DNA of 64,000 bases, taken from NCBI GenBank assembly GCA_043763625.1, contig JAYULL010000171.1:16077-80076 (forward strand), given 5' to 3'. The notes under the pieces are model-generated. The model did no database searches. It was not told the origin of the DNA and worked only from the letters and a program-made list of their open reading frames with translations. Origin of the DNA: Sphingobacteriaceae bacterium. GTDB lineage: Bacteria; Bacteroidota; Bacteroidia; Sphingobacteriales; Sphingobacteriaceae. Each line of letters starts with the position of its first letter. The first letter of the stretch is position 1. The position numbers and the translations under genes were made by a program. Of the stretch, positions 34,414-45,872 are shown one piece after another.

Positions 34414-36093
34414 CTAAACAAGCTTTTTGTATCTTATTCGTTTTGGAGCGATATCACCTGTACGTTTCTTGCGGTTTTCTTCGTATTCGCTATAATTTCC
34501 TTCGAAGAAGTAAACCTGCGATTCGCCTTCAAAAGCCAAAATATGCGTGCAAACCCGATCGAGAAACCAACGATCGTGCGATATAATAACAGCACAACCC
34601 CCGAAGTTTTCCAAGGCTTCTTCCAAAGCTCTTAAGGTATTTACATCAATATCATTTGTAGGCTCATCCAGCAATAAGACATTCGAGCCCTTTTTTAGTG
34701 TAATAGCCAAATGAGCACGATTACGTTCACCTCCGGACAGTACATTCACTTTCTTCTGCTGATCTGCCCCGTTGAAATTAAATTTAGAAACGTACGCCCT
34801 CGAATTCACGGGCTTGTTTCCTAACAGTATAGTTTCTTGTCCGTCAGTTATATTCTCCCAAACCGATTTGTCGGGGTTTAAGTCGTTATGCATTTGATCA
34901 ACATAACCTAACGCAACCGTTTCGCCTACACGGAAAGTTCCTGCATCAGGTGTTTCTTGCCCGGTAATTAATCTAAACAAAGTTGTTTTTCCGGCACCGT
35001 TGGGGCCGATAATTCCTACAATTCCGGCGGGTGGTAAAGAAAAATTTAAATTTTCGAACAAAACTTTGTCACCGTAGGCTTTAGAAACATTTTGTACTTC
35101 GATAACAATGTTGCCCAGCCGAGGACCCGGCGGTATAAAAAGCTCCAGTTTATCTTCTCTTTCCTTAGTTTCTTCCGAAGCTAGTTTTTCGTAATTGGAT
35201 AAACGAGCTTTGGATTTTGCGTGCCTTGCTTTCGGAGCCATCCTTACCCACTCTAACTCTCGTTCTAAGGTTTTTTGACGTTTGCTTTCGGTTTTTTCTT
35301 CTTGGCCTAATCGCTTAGCCTTCTGGTCTAGCCACGATGAATAATTACCTTTCCAAGGGATTCCTTCGCCCCTGTCTAATTCTAAAATCCATCCGGCAAC
35401 GTTATCAAGAAAATATCTGTCGTGAGTAACAGCTATAACCGTTCCCTTGTATTGCTTCAAATGCTGTTCGAGCCACTCGATTGATTCGGCGTCCAAGTGG
35501 TTTGTAGGCTCGTCAAGCAACAAAACATCCGGTTCTTGAAGTAATAAACGACATAAGGCCACGCGACGCCGTTCTCCCCCTGACAAAGTGTCAATTTTAG
35601 ATTCCGGCTCGGGAGTTCGTAAGGCGTCCATCGCCCTTTCTAATTTTGAATCAAGTTCCCAAGCTCCTGTCGCATCTATTTTATCTTGCAGCTCACCTTG
35701 TCGGGCTAACAACTTGTCCATCTCGTCGGGGTTTTCGTAAACCTCGGGCAAACCGAATTTTTCGTTTATATCTTCGTATTCTTTTAAAATGGCTGTTGTT
35801 TCGGCCACTCCCTCTTCAACTATTTCTCTTACCGTTTTAGTAGGGTCTAATTCCGGTTCTTGGGCCAAATAGCCCACTGTAAAGCCCGGAGCAAATACTA
35901 CTTCGCCCTGATATGATTTATCTAACCCGGCAATTATTTTTAATACCGAAGATTTTCCGGAACCGTTTAAACCTATTACACCGATTTTTGCTCCATAGAA
36001 AAATGAGAGGTAAATATTTTTTAAAACTTGCTTTTGCGGCGGGTAAATCTTATTTACTCCGGCCATCGAAAATATTATTTTTTCGTCTGCCAT
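34414..36093 (-). CDS. ettA: ABC-F ATPase, energy-dependent translational throttle protein EttA
   Basis: There are two ABC cassettes (GLNGSGKSS/LSGGERRRV and GPNGAGKTT/LSGGERNR). The ATG at 36093 (MADEKIIFSM) is preferred over the TTG at 36117. Confidence 0.9.
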   Translation of the reverse strand: MADEKIIFSMAGVNKIYPPQKQVLKNIYLSFFYGAKIGVIGLNGSGKSSVLKIIAGLDKSYQGEVVFAPGFTVGYLAQEPELDPTKTVREIVEEGVAETTAILKEYEDINEKFGLPEVYENPDEMDKLLARQGELQDKIDATGAWELDSKLERAMDALRTPEPESKIDTLSGGERRRVALCRLLLQEPDVLLLDEPTNHLDAESIEWLEQHLKQYKGTVIAVTHDRYFLDNVAGWILELDRGEGIPWKGNYSSWLDQKAKRLGQEEKTESKRQKTLERELEWVRMAPKARHAKSKARLSNYEKLASEETKEREDKLELFIPPGPRLGNIVIEVQNVSKAYGDKVLFENLNFSLPPAGIVGIIGPNGAGKTTLFRLITGQETPDAGTFRVGETVALGYVDQMHNDLNPDKSVWENITDGQETILLGNKPVNSRAYVSKFNFNGADQQKKVNVLSGGERNRAHLAITLKKGSNVLLLDEPTNDIDVNTLRALEEALENFGGCAVIISHDRWFLDRVCTHILAFEGESQVYFFEGNYSEYEENRKKRTGDIAPKRIRYKKLV

Positions 36094-36283
36094 TTTTACT
36101 GTTGCTAAAGGGGCCAAATATCGTTAATTTGGTAACATCGAGGTAATATTTGTTTCCTTGCCCGGCAAGACAACTTTTTAGGGGCAACCGGCGTAATTGT
36201 TGATAATTAGTTTTAAATAGCGCCCTTATTTTAACGAAACAAATCAATAGATTAGGGCGTTCAACACGAAGAAAGGTTTATAA

Positions 36284-38836
36284 ATGGAAGCTAAATTTTC
36301 ACCACGCGTTAAAGACGTAATTTCTTACAGCAGGGAAGAAGCGTTGCGATTGGGACACGACTACATTGGTACTGAGCATTTGCTGCTTGGCCTTATCCGC
36401 GAAGGAGACGGCATGGCAATCAAAATACTTAAAGCATTAGGTGTTGATACTGTTCGTTTACGCCGGTCTATAGAAGACGCTGTGAAAGGCACATCAAGCA
36501 CTACTGTAAATTTGGGAAATATCCCACTTACTAAACAAGCCGAAAAGGTTTTAAAAATCACATACTTAGAAGCCAAAATATTTAAAAGTGATGTAATTGG
36601 AACAGAACATTTATTGCTGTCGATTTTAAGGGACGACGATAACATTGCTTCTCAAATTTTGTTACAATACAACGTTAATTATGACGTGTTTAAAGCTGAA
36701 GTAGAACAAAACAAGGAAGGTTTTAGAGATGAACTCCCCGGTTCTGCTGCCGGAGATGATGATTTTCGTGAAGAAGAATCTTTCAGCCAACCTAAAAAAG
36801 TATCAGACATCAAATCTAAAACTCCGGTGTTGGATAATTTTGGAAGAGATTTAACCAAAGCTGCCGAAGACGGAAAACTTGATCCGATTGTGGGTCGCGA
36901 AAAAGAAATTGAGCGTGTTTCGCAAATTCTCTCTCGTCGTAAAAAGAACAATCCTATTCTAATCGGTGAGCCCGGTGTGGGTAAATCGGCGATCGCCGAG
37001 GGGTTAGCTTTAAGAATTGTTCAACGCAAAGTATCACGGGTATTGTTTAACAAACGCGTTGTTACACTTGATTTAGCATCTTTAGTAGCGGGAACAAAGT
37101 ACCGCGGGCAGTTTGAAGAGCGAATGAAAGCCGTAATGAACGAGCTTGAAAAATCGCCTGATGTTATTCTTTTTATTGATGAGATCCACACTATAGTAGG
37201 TGCCGGGGGTGCTTCCGGTTCCCTCGACGCATCCAACATGTTTAAACCTGCACTTGCCCGGGGGGAAATACAATGCATCGGTGCCACTACTCTGGACGAA
37301 TACCGCCAGTATATTGAAAAAGACGGGGCTTTAGATCGCCGGTTCCAAAAGGTAATGGTAGAACCTGCTTCTCCGGTTGAGACTATTGAAATTCTTAACA
37401 GAATTAAAGAGAAGTATGAAGAGCATCATGGGGTAACTTATACCAACGAAGCCATCCTTGCCTGCGTTTCTTTAACTTCTCGATACATTACCGACCGGTT
37501 TTTGCCGGATAAGGCTATTGATGCACTGGATGAATCGGGTTCCCGAGTTCATTTAACTAACATTCACGTTCCTCAAAATATTCTCGAGATAGAACAAAAA
37601 ATTGAGGAGATAAAAGTTGAAAAAAATCGTGTAGTACGAAGCCAGAAATACGAAGAAGCTGCTAAACTTCGCGATACAGAAAAACATTTGCTCGAGGAAC
37701 TAGAACGTGCCAAAACAGAATGGGAAGCCGAAACTAAAACTAAACGCTATACCGTTTCGGAAGATAACGTTGCAGAGGTTGTTTCAATGATGACAGGGAT
37801 ACCCGTACAACGGGTCGGTCAATCCGATAGTCAAAAGCTTTTGGCAATGAATGAAACGATCGGTGGAAAAATCATTGGCCAAGAAGAAGCGATCAAGAAA
37901 CTTACAAAGGCAATTCAGCGTACTCGTGCCGGATTGAAAGATCCGAAAAAGCCTATCGGTTCGTTCATTTTCTTAGGCCCTACCGGTGTAGGTAAAACAG
38001 AACTTGCAAAGGAATTGGCTCGTTTTATGTTCGACAGCGATGAAGCCCTAATTCAAATTGACATGAGCGAATACATGGAAAAATTTGCAGTGTCGAGATT
38101 AGTGGGAGCGCCTCCGGGATATGTAGGTTACGAAGAAGGCGGTCAGTTAACAGAAAAAGTTCGCAGAAAGCCATATGCAGTAGTATTGTTGGATGAAATT
38201 GAAAAAGCTCATCCAGATGTGTTCAATATTTTGCTTCAAGTTTTAGATGAAGGACAATTAACCGACAGTTTGGGCCGCAAGGTAGATTTTAGAAATACGA
38301 TCGTAATCATGACCTCTAATATCGGAGCGAGACAGTTGAAAGATTTCGGCCAAGGAGTAGGTTTTACAACATCTGCTAAAGCAATACAAGCCGATACTCA
38401 TTCAAGAGGGGTGATCGAGAATGCGCTGAAACGTGCATTTGCCCCTGAATTTTTGAATCGTATTGATGATGTTATAGTATTTAATTCTCTGAGTAAGGAG
38501 AATATATTTAAAATTATTGATATTGAACTGCACGCTTTATTTTCGCGAGTACAGAGCTTAGGATATGATGTTGTCTTAACGGATGCAGCTAAAGAATTTA
38601 TCGCCGAGAAAGGATACGACTCGCAGTTTGGAGCTCGTCCCTTGAAAAGGGCAATTCAGAAATATCTTGAAGATCCTATTGCCGAAGAAATCCTTAAAGG
38701 CGAACTTACCGATGGTGATACAATGGAAGTTGATTATGATACTGAATCGGGAGAGATAAAAATAGCCGGGAAGGTTAAAGGAAAGAAAAAGAAAGAAGCA
38801 AAACTCCCCGACAGCCCTGAGAAAAAAGAAGAGTAA
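36284..38836 (+). CDS. clpC: ATP-dependent Clp protease ATP-binding subunit ClpC (class I AAA+)
   Basis: 850 aa. It has a Clp_N repeat, two Walker A motifs ([16 protein letters not shown]) and a UVR-like linker. Confidence 0.9.
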   Translation: MEAKFSPRVKDVISYSREEALRLGHDYIGTEHLLLGLIREGDGMAIKILKALGVDTVRLRRSIEDAVKGTSSTTVNLGNIPLTKQAEKVLKITYLEAKIFKSDVIGTEHLLLSILRDDDNIASQILLQYNVNYDVFKAEVEQNKEGFRDELPGSAAGDDDFREEESFSQPKKVSDIKSKTPVLDNFGRDLTKAAEDGKLDPIVGREKEIERVSQILSRRKKNNPILIGEPGVGKSAIAEGLALRIVQRKVSRVLFNKRVVTLDLASLVAGTKYRGQFEERMKAVMNELEKSPDVILFIDEIHTIVGAGGASGSLDASNMFKPALARGEIQCIGATTLDEYRQYIEKDGALDRRFQKVMVEPASPVETIEILNRIKEKYEEHHGVTYTNEAILACVSLTSRYITDRFLPDKAIDALDESGSRVHLTNIHVPQNILEIEQKIEEIKVEKNRVVRSQKYEEAAKLRDTEKHLLEELERAKTEWEAETKTKRYTVSEDNVAEVVSMMTGIPVQRVGQSDSQKLLAMNETIGGKIIGQEEAIKKLTKAIQRTRAGLKDPKKPIGSFIFLGPTGVGKTELAKELARFMFDSDEALIQIDMSEYMEKFAVSRLVGAPPGYVGYEEGGQLTEKVRRKPYAVVLLDEIEKAHPDVFNILLQVLDEGQLTDSLGRKVDFRNTIVIMTSNIGARQLKDFGQGVGFTTSAKAIQADTHSRGVIENALKRAFAPEFLNRIDDVIVFNSLSKENIFKIIDIELHALFSRVQSLGYDVVLTDAAKEFIAEKGYDSQFGARPLKRAIQKYLEDPIAEEILKGELTDGDTMEVDYDTESGEIKIAGKVKGKKKKEAKLPDSPEKKEE

Positions 38837-38866
38837 TTGTAAATAAGTTTATAATTTATTTTAAAT

Positions 38867-38898
38867 GGTGGTGAGGGTTTTTCTTCACCACCGTTTTT
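38867..38898 (+). terminator. Rho-independent terminator after clpC
   Basis: ggtggtga gggtttttct tcaccacc followed by gttttt. Confidence 0.6.
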
Positions 38899-39043
38899 GT
38901 TTACGAGTCTTGCTCTGAAAAACACTGTAAATAGTATTATCTTATCAACTAAGCATTAGCGGGATCGGAATATCATAGGCGCACATAAAAAACAAAAACC
39001 CCATGCTTTAACATGAGGTGAATTCTTTTTGGAGAAAAATAAT

Positions 39044-39238
39044 TTAAGGCCTTTTTATTTCCTCGTCTGCGCTAAGCGGCTTATCCGGATTTTGAGAATC
39101 TTTAAACTCTTTTACTCCTTTACCTAATCCTCGCATTAATTCAGGAATTTTCTTTCCGCCGAATAAAAGCAAAAGAGCAACTATAATAAGGATAATTTCG
39201 GGGCCGCCTAATCCGGCAAGTAAGATTGTATTTACCAT
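39044..39238 (-). CDS. tatA: Twin-arginine translocase subunit TatA/E
   Basis: 64 aa with the motif LLLFGGKKIPELMRGLGKGVKEFK. Confidence 0.85.
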   Translation of the reverse strand: MVNTILLAGLGGPEIILIIVALLLLFGGKKIPELMRGLGKGVKEFKDSQNPDKPLSADEEIKRP

Positions 39239-39249
39239 GTTTAATCTGT

Positions 39250-39720
39250 TTATGCCCGATTGGTTACAGGCGGGTTAATTTTTTCTGATTCAGGTTCTTG
39301 TGATAAAGTTTCGGTCTTAACGGGTTCCGGAATATCTACGTTCGCTTCTGCATGTTCATGTTCTTCTGCAAAGATAGAAGCTTTTGGATCTATCGGTTCA
39401 GAGTTTACCGGAGGTGCATAGTAATGATGATAAGGATCAGAATAAGAACTTGTTTCTCCTGTGGTTTGCGGAAGTTCAGGTTGTTTAAAAGTATGCTCAT
39501 GCTCAGTATCTACCTTCAAATCTTCTTGAACCTGATTAATACTATTGTGAATTTCCCGCTTTACTCCTTCAGACGCATCCTTAAATTCCCGAATTCCCTT
39601 CCCTAAACCACGGGCCAGTTCCGGCAGCTTCTTTCCGCCAAACAAAAAAAGTGCAGCCCCCAAAATCAACATCATTTCAGGAGTGCCGATGTTAAGAAAT
39701 AACAAGGTTGAATGTTGCAT
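39250..39720 (-). CDS. TatA/TatB-family translocase subunit with a long acidic/His-containing C-terminal tail
   Basis: 156 aa. FLFGGKKLPELARGLGKGIREFK is paralogous to the downstream tatA. Confidence 0.7.
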   Translation of the reverse strand: MQHSTLLFLNIGTPEMMLILGAALFLFGGKKLPELARGLGKGIREFKDASEGVKREIHNSINQVQEDLKVDTEHEHTFKQPELPQTTGETSSYSDPYHHYYAPPVNSEPIDPKASIFAEEHEHAEANVDIPEPVKTETLSQEPESEKINPPVTNRA

Positions 39721-39776
39721 TATTACTTTTTATTGAAGTTTACAAATATACGGAAATTTAAATCCGGCGGATTTAT

Positions 39777-41042
39777 TTAATTTGCCAACCAGCTCTCCGG
39801 GTTCATTGGTGCCGCTCCTTTTCTTATTTCAAAATGAAGCTGTGTTGCTCCATCATTCGGGTCAGTTAAAACCGTTCCCAAATTCTGCTTAATACTTACC
39901 TTTTGCCCTTTAGATACATTAACAGCTTTTAAATTTGAATATACTGTAAAGTATTCGCCGTGTCTTATCAAAACCGCATACATACCTCCAATGTTTTGAA
40001 CAGTGCTTACATCGCCGGAAAAAACTGCCCGAACCGCGGCGCCATCGGCTGTTCTGATATCTACACCGTTATTTTCTACAGTAACATTTACACCATAGCC
40101 GTGGTTACCGAATCGCTCAACAATTGTACCTACTGCCACCGGCCAAGGCAGATTTCCGCGACTCCCTAAAAAGTCGGACGATAATTTAGCAGATTCCGGC
40201 GTGGCCGACAAAATACTTGATCCTCGGGCCAAAGGCTTTGCACCCGGCGTTTCCCTATTTTCGGCTTTTGCTTTCGCAACAGCTTCTCGAGCTTCTTGTT
40301 CTGCTCGCCGGCGTGCTTCTTCTATTTCTTTGGCGATGGCATTTTGGATCGCCCGGTTTACCCGTGCATCCTCTTTTTGTTTCCGGGTAAGCTCTCGTTT
40401 AAGCTGCTTCTCTTGTTTACTAAGCGAACTTAATACAGTAGCTTGGTTGTTCTTTTCTTTACCTAAAGTCTGTTTCTCCTTTTCCTGATCTCTAAGCAAA
40501 TTACTTTTTTCACGTTTGTTACGGTCAAGCTCTACTATCTTTATTCCCAGTTCTTTCTGAGTTTCCTGAATGTATTGTGCTTGCTTTTGCCGGTATTTAC
40601 CAAATTGCTGCAAGTATTTTAATCGCTTATAGCCTTGATTAAAGTCTTTAGAAGCAAATACAAACATCAACTTACCGTAAACACTTTGATTACGAAAGGC
40701 GAATAAAACCATCGCGGCATATTCTTTTTTAAGCTTATTTAACTGTTCCTGTAAAGAGTGAACAGTATTGGTGTTCTCCGAAATCTGATTATCCAATAAG
40801 CGAACTTCTGAGTTGATAGTATTAATCTTTGCTTCGCGAAGGCGGATTTGTGCATTTAGGGCATTAATCTGTTTTAACGATAACCTTTTGATGCTTGAAG
40901 TTTGCGACAAACTTTTGCGAATCATTTCAATCTCCCGCGAAAGCGCTTCTTTTCTTCGTCTAAGTTCGGCGCTGTTTTGCGCAAATGCTTGAGTGCAAAA
41001 GCAAAGAATAAAAACGAGAAGAACTGCTTTAAAAAATCTCAT
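39777..41042 (-). CDS. Murein hydrolase activator / M23 family peptidase (EnvC-like coiled coil plus LytM domain)
   Basis: A long coiled coil is followed by the M23 block LHFEIRKG. The ATG at 41042 avoids overlap with the upstream gene. Confidence 0.8.
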   Translation of the reverse strand: MRFFKAVLLVFILCFCTQAFAQNSAELRRRKEALSREIEMIRKSLSQTSSIKRLSLKQINALNAQIRLREAKINTINSEVRLLDNQISENTNTVHSLQEQLNKLKKEYAAMVLFAFRNQSVYGKLMFVFASKDFNQGYKRLKYLQQFGKYRQKQAQYIQETQKELGIKIVELDRNKREKSNLLRDQEKEKQTLGKEKNNQATVLSSLSKQEKQLKRELTRKQKEDARVNRAIQNAIAKEIEEARRRAEQEAREAVAKAKAENRETPGAKPLARGSSILSATPESAKLSSDFLGSRGNLPWPVAVGTIVERFGNHGYGVNVTVENNGVDIRTADGAAVRAVFSGDVSTVQNIGGMYAVLIRHGEYFTVYSNLKAVNVSKGQKVSIKQNLGTVLTDPNDGATQLHFEIRKGAAPMNPESWLAN

Positions 41043-41055
41043 CGGGCGAATACGA

Positions 41056-41844
41056 CTATTTTCTATTCGTGTATTTCTTAGGAATATTGAATGGGAACTC
41101 AAGCGATTGGTTTAAAAAAATTTGGCTGTAATTTAAATTAATTTCCACTTTTTTAGTTCCTGCCTTCGATGATATTTTTACCGTACCCGGGATAATTTGC
41201 TCGTTGACTTCAGCAAAATCAGAATAGTTAACAACCAAGCTTTGATTTTCCTTTTCGTCTTTTAACCGGGTTTCAGCGACTTTAAAGGCCGAATTGAAAT
41301 TTATAAGATAGGTTATTTCTTCAATCAACCCTGCTAACACCACCTTGTTGTCCACGAAATCCACTTTTGCTTGTTCGCCTGCTAATTCAGGCATATAATT
41401 TCCTATCAACAAATTCTGAAGAGTAGAAAAAGTTATTTGCTTATTAGCATATTGATAAATAAAACTAAAAGGCTCGGATACATAAACATCGCGAAAACGA
41501 CTAAACATTCTCAAACTGTCCGGAGTTATTAAAATTCGTGCCACCTCTACTCCAACACTCGCCGAAATCCAAATGATTTTGTCTTTCTGCATTCTGATGT
41601 TTAATGTAACATCATTATCCTTTTCATCAATTAAAAGTTTTGCTTTAGCTTTAAGCGACAAAGTATTGAATACTGTTTGCTTTGCGCTAATATTTCTTAA
41701 CAAATCTTCTCGCGAAAATGCCGGCTTCTCTGTAGCAGCCGCTTGAGGTAAAACCGGCACCACTATAGCCTTTTTGGTTTTACAAGCCGTAAAAGTAAGC
41801 ACCGCAAGCAGTAAAACTATTTTATTCGAAATACTTCCTCTCAT
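41056..41844 (-). CDS. DUF4292-like lipoprotein
   Basis: A lipoprotein signal ends in TFTAC. The position between the TPR protein and the M23 peptidase follows conserved Bacteroidota synteny, which I recall from memory. Confidence 0.5.
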   Translation of the reverse strand: MRGSISNKIVLLLAVLTFTACKTKKAIVVPVLPQAAATEKPAFSREDLLRNISAKQTVFNTLSLKAKAKLLIDEKDNDVTLNIRMQKDKIIWISASVGVEVARILITPDSLRMFSRFRDVYVSEPFSFIYQYANKQITFSTLQNLLIGNYMPELAGEQAKVDFVDNKVVLAGLIEEITYLINFNSAFKVAETRLKDEKENQSLVVNYSDFAEVNEQIIPGTVKISSKAGTKKVEINLNYSQIFLNQSLEFPFNIPKKYTNRK

Positions 41845-43543
41845 TAATCTTTTTCTCTAGAATTTTAGAACCGGGGCCTGCTTGTTTGGCTTTTTGCCAT
41901 TGTAATACAGCTTTATCAACTTCGCCTAAACCGAAAAGAATATCGCCGTAATGTTCCACTTGAGTGGGATTATTTTTATCCTTGCTTATCGCTTTTTCCA
42001 TCCAAAGCCTTGCCTCCGCATACTTTTTTTGCTTAAATAAGATCCAAGCATAAGTGTCTTGAAAAGAGGCATTACCCGGATCGAGTTCGTTCGACCTTTT
42101 AGACATTTTTTCTGCCCTTTCAATTTTCTCACCCCTTAACGATAAATAGTAGGCATAATTGTTTAACGCATAAATATTATCAGGCGATATCTCAAGAGCT
42201 TTTTCATAAGCTTGGTCTGATTCCGAATGTTTCTTTACTGCGTTGTAGGCATCTCCCAAGCTCGAATAAATTTGACCCTGCAAAGCATTATCTTTTCCGG
42301 AAAGACTTAATGCATCCTTGAGATACGATATTGACTGTTCATGCTTTTGAGTTTGGATATATGCTAAAGCCGTAAGAAAATACAGGTTACCTTGGTTTGG
42401 GAAAACAGTAAGGGCTTCTTCACCGTCTTTAGCTGCTTCTACGGGTTGGTTCAAGCTAAGCTCTATATTTATCAACTGCTCCCAAATTAAATAGACTTGA
42501 CTGTTTAATTCCAGAGCCTTCTTGTACGAAGCCTTTGCTTCTTGCAACTTTCTTTGCTGAAACAAAACGTCGCCATAAATTGCGAATGCTTTTGCTTCTT
42601 GCGGATGGGCTTTAACCAGCAGCGATGAAAGTTCTTCAGCTTTCGCTCTGATTTCGGGCTTTTCGAACTGAGGAAAATAGGAAAGCAGCGTTTTAACCTT
42701 AGTATCAATATCCATATCCGGATTACCGAAAACTTCTTTTTGTTCCACAAAAGCATCAATGTTTTTTCCGGCAGCAGTATAAATATTGGCAAGCGAAGCA
42801 CGAATTTCTACATTATCGGGATCTTTAGTTTTAGCCTGCTCTAATATTTGCAGTGCCTTCTTGTCATTTTTTTGCCGGTGATACAGATCGGATAAAAGCA
42901 GGTAATCTTTAACCTGAGCAGAGTTATATTTTACGCTTTCTTCCAGTTCTACTATCACCTTATCAAATTTCCCTTGTTTTAAATTGATGCGCCTCCGGGC
43001 TTCAACTAAATCGTTGCCGGTGCCGAATTCTTTTTCTATGTTATCATATAGGCTTAATGCTTCTTTGTACTTATTTTGCAATTGAAGAACATTTGCCCGA
43101 TCAAAATAATAGTCCGCCTTGCCGGGCGAAATCTTGATCAACTCATTAAACACCAACTGCAAATCCTCCCATTTGTCGCCACGTTTATAAATGTCGGCTA
43201 ACAAAAGCCAATACCACTCGTTTTCCGGCTCAACAGTAACCGCCTTGCGAGCAAAAGTCTCGGCTTCGCTTTCTTTTTCTTTACTGTGGTAAAGGTTGGC
43301 GAGTTCAAACAAAGCTGCGTCGTTTCTTCCGTCTATAGCTACAGCTTCTGCAAACAGTTCGCCGGCTCTGTCAGAATTTTGATTAATTTTTGCTTTTATT
43401 CCCTCGAAAAAAAGCTCTTGAACTCGTAAACTATCCGCTGTAGTCAGTACTCTTCCGGCAACAATTACGGCCGTTGTTTTAGACTTCTTTTGCGAGAAAG
43501 CCGCCACCGGAACCATTAATAAAAAGAGTAGTGTATTACGCAT
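41822..43543 (-). CDS. Tetratricopeptide repeat protein
   Basis: 573 aa with a signal peptide and many TPR-like A/Y/L periodic repeats. Confidence 0.8.
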   Translation of the reverse strand: MRNTLLFLLMVPVAAFSQKKSKTTAVIVAGRVLTTADSLRVQELFFEGIKAKINQNSDRAGELFAEAVAIDGRNDAALFELANLYHSKEKESEAETFARKAVTVEPENEWYWLLLADIYKRGDKWEDLQLVFNELIKISPGKADYYFDRANVLQLQNKYKEALSLYDNIEKEFGTGNDLVEARRRINLKQGKFDKVIVELEESVKYNSAQVKDYLLLSDLYHRQKNDKKALQILEQAKTKDPDNVEIRASLANIYTAAGKNIDAFVEQKEVFGNPDMDIDTKVKTLLSYFPQFEKPEIRAKAEELSSLLVKAHPQEAKAFAIYGDVLFQQRKLQEAKASYKKALELNSQVYLIWEQLINIELSLNQPVEAAKDGEEALTVFPNQGNLYFLTALAYIQTQKHEQSISYLKDALSLSGKDNALQGQIYSSLGDAYNAVKKHSESDQAYEKALEISPDNIYALNNYAYYLSLRGEKIERAEKMSKRSNELDPGNASFQDTYAWILFKQKKYAEARLWMEKAISKDKNNPTQVEHYGDILFGLGEVDKAVLQWQKAKQAGPGSKILEKKINERKYFE

Positions 43544-43545
43544 AT

Positions 43546-43980
43546 TTAAACCCCTGTGTGTCCGTACCCTCCGGCACCGCGAACTGTTTCCCCTAATAAT
43601 TCAACCTCTTCCCATCCTATTTGTTCGTGTTTGGAGATAATCATTTGGGCGATGCGATCTCCGTTTTTAATAATAAAATCGGCATCGGAAAAGTTAATCA
43701 ACAAAATTTTCAGTTCGCCGCGATAATCTGCATCAATCGTTCCGGGAGAATTTAAAACGGTTATTCCATGCTTAAAAGCCAAACCGCTCCGCGGACGAAT
43801 TTGTGCTTCATATCCGATAGGAAGCTCTACGAATATTCCGGTAGGAATTAAACGACGTTCTAAAGGTTTAAGTGTTTGTTCGCCTTCCGGCAGATTAGCT
43901 CTTAAATCCATTCCGGCTGATGCTTCAGTTTCGTAGGCCGGTAAAGCATGATTTGATTTATTTATAACTCGGACTTTCAT
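43546..43980 (-). CDS. dut: dUTP diphosphatase
   Basis: 144 aa with motifs AGMDL, RSGLA and [10 protein letters not shown]. Confidence 0.9.
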   Translation of the reverse strand: MKVRVINKSNHALPAYETEASAGMDLRANLPEGEQTLKPLERRLIPTGIFVELPIGYEAQIRPRSGLAFKHGITVLNSPGTIDADYRGELKILLINFSDADFIIKNGDRIAQMIISKHEQIGWEEVELLGETVRGAGGYGHTGV

Positions 43981-45479
43981 TTACGTTTTAAAAGCAATTT
44001 CAATTCGCTGCGTTCTACAAAGAGTATTCCGGCCACAAACAAGGTTAAAAGAATATTTCCGGCAATTAGGTTTCCGGCAAAAATTTGAAATGATAGAAAT
44101 ACAATTACTACTGCGACGATTAGATACAGCAGATTCTTTTTGAGATTGTAAGGAATGGGGTAATTTTTTTGGCCCAGGATATAGGACAGAACCATCATGC
44201 TCGTGTAAGCAATAAGCGAAACCCAAGCGGCAGCCATGTAGCTGTATTTCGGGATGTAAATAAGATTAAGCACAATAGTTATTATTGCCCCTGCTCCCGA
44301 AATGTATAAGCCGTATTTTGTTTGATCAGAAAGCTTATACCAAATAGAAAGATTCATGTAAATACCCAAACTCACGTAACCGAAAAGCAGTAGCGGGACC
44401 ACTCTAAGCCCTGACCAGTATAGCTGTTGTTGTATCGGATCCTTTCCCCGAATAAAATATTTGAAAATTTCGATATTGGCGGCTATCGCTACAAATATTA
44501 TAGAAACAACGATAATGAAGTAATCCATAATACGGGCATACATTTCGCCCGAATTTTTATTTTTGGCCTGATTAAAAAAGAAGGGTTCGGCACCTAACCG
44601 AAAAGCTTGTATAAAAATGTTCAGGAAAATAGCAATCTTGGCACAGGCCCCGTAGATTCCTACTTGCTGATCAGCAATTTTGGAGGGAAGCAAGTGCCCC
44701 AGAAAAATTTTATCTGAGGTTTCATTGATAATAAAGGAAAAATTTGCAACCAGAACCGGGAAACTGTAGGCGAGCATTTCGCTTACAAACGGCCAATCGA
44801 AGTTTAGCTGAAGCTGCAACATCTCCGGAAGAAGTATAATAAGGGTGAGTATGTTGGCTACAAGCTGAGCTATAAAAACATATCCCACCCACCCTTCGCG
44901 AAAACCGGCAACAAGTGAAGCTCCGTGCAAATCGTGGTGCAAAATATACGGTATAGCATAAATAAAAATTAAGTTAAGCACCACGTTAATCAGGATATTG
45001 AGGAATTTAACAACCGCGTACCTTCCCGGCCGGCCCTCTGCCCGCAGCTTTGCGAAAGGAATAACAGCCAACGCATCAACAATTAGAATGAAGATAAAAT
45101 AACGTACATATTGACGGTAATCCGCTGTCGCTTGAACAGAACCTTGCTGTAGCCACTCGGCGATATCATCAACAAACAAAAAAGTACCGGTAAAAAAAAG
45201 CACCGATATAAAAGCTATTGTTAGAAAAGCGTTGTTAAATACTTTCTGCTTGTTGCCTTCGTATTTATTTAGGTAGCGAAAAAATGTCGTTTCCATCCCG
45301 AAAGAAAGCAAGGCATTGAACACGGAAGCCCAAGTGAACATTTTAGTAAGAATCCCGAAAACGGTAGTAGGATAAACACTTACATAAACGGGGGTTAAAA
45401 AGAAGTTAAAAAGGCGGGAAATAATAGTACTTAAACCGTAAACGGCAGTTTGCCCGGCAAATTTTTTTAAGGTTGACAA
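43977..45479 (-). CDS. MOP-superfamily polysaccharide/oligosaccharide flippase
   Basis: 500 aa with about 14 TM segments. It overlaps the dut start. Confidence 0.7.
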   Translation of the reverse strand: MSTLKKFAGQTAVYGLSTIISRLFNFFLTPVYVSVYPTTVFGILTKMFTWASVFNALLSFGMETTFFRYLNKYEGNKQKVFNNAFLTIAFISVLFFTGTFLFVDDIAEWLQQGSVQATADYRQYVRYFIFILIVDALAVIPFAKLRAEGRPGRYAVVKFLNILINVVLNLIFIYAIPYILHHDLHGASLVAGFREGWVGYVFIAQLVANILTLIILLPEMLQLQLNFDWPFVSEMLAYSFPVLVANFSFIINETSDKIFLGHLLPSKIADQQVGIYGACAKIAIFLNIFIQAFRLGAEPFFFNQAKNKNSGEMYARIMDYFIIVVSIIFVAIAANIEIFKYFIRGKDPIQQQLYWSGLRVVPLLLFGYVSLGIYMNLSIWYKLSDQTKYGLYISGAGAIITIVLNLIYIPKYSYMAAAWVSLIAYTSMMVLSYILGQKNYPIPYNLKKNLLYLIVAVVIVFLSFQIFAGNLIAGNILLTLFVAGILFVERSELKLLLKRK

Positions 45480-45501
45480 TGTATAAGATTTCTTTTACCG
45501 G

Positions 45502-45786
45502 TTACCACAGTATATTTTTCTTTATAACCTCAAAATTACGATAGTTTTTAATTTCTGCTTCTTTGATTTCCACTTTCTCTACCTCCGCCTTTTCAGGGCC
45601 TTCGCCGCACCATTCTAAAAATGATTCTAAGCCGAAATCGTCACCTTCAGCCTCGATATAGACGGTTCCGTCTTTTTGATTTTTAACAAGTCCTTTCACC
45701 CCGAGCTGGTCAGCCACTGCCTTTGTAGAAGCCCGAAAAAATACTCCCTGAACTTTGCCGTGAACGGTTATGTTAAGATGTTTCAT
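45502..45786 (-). CDS. Acylphosphatase
   Basis: MKHLNITVHGKVQGVFFRASTK carries the acylphosphatase signature. The internal ATG at 45786 removes the overlap with the upstream gene. Confidence 0.8.
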   Translation of the reverse strand: MKHLNITVHGKVQGVFFRASTKAVADQLGVKGLVKNQKDGTVYIEAEGDDFGLESFLEWCGEGPEKAEVEKVEIKEAEIKNYRNFEVIKKNILW

Positions 45787-45872
45787 GCAGAAAGATGTGA
45801 GATATGAGACTTTAAATATGAGAGCGCCGCTAAATTCATCGGTTGTAATAATTGTTGTTTCATCCCGATAGG

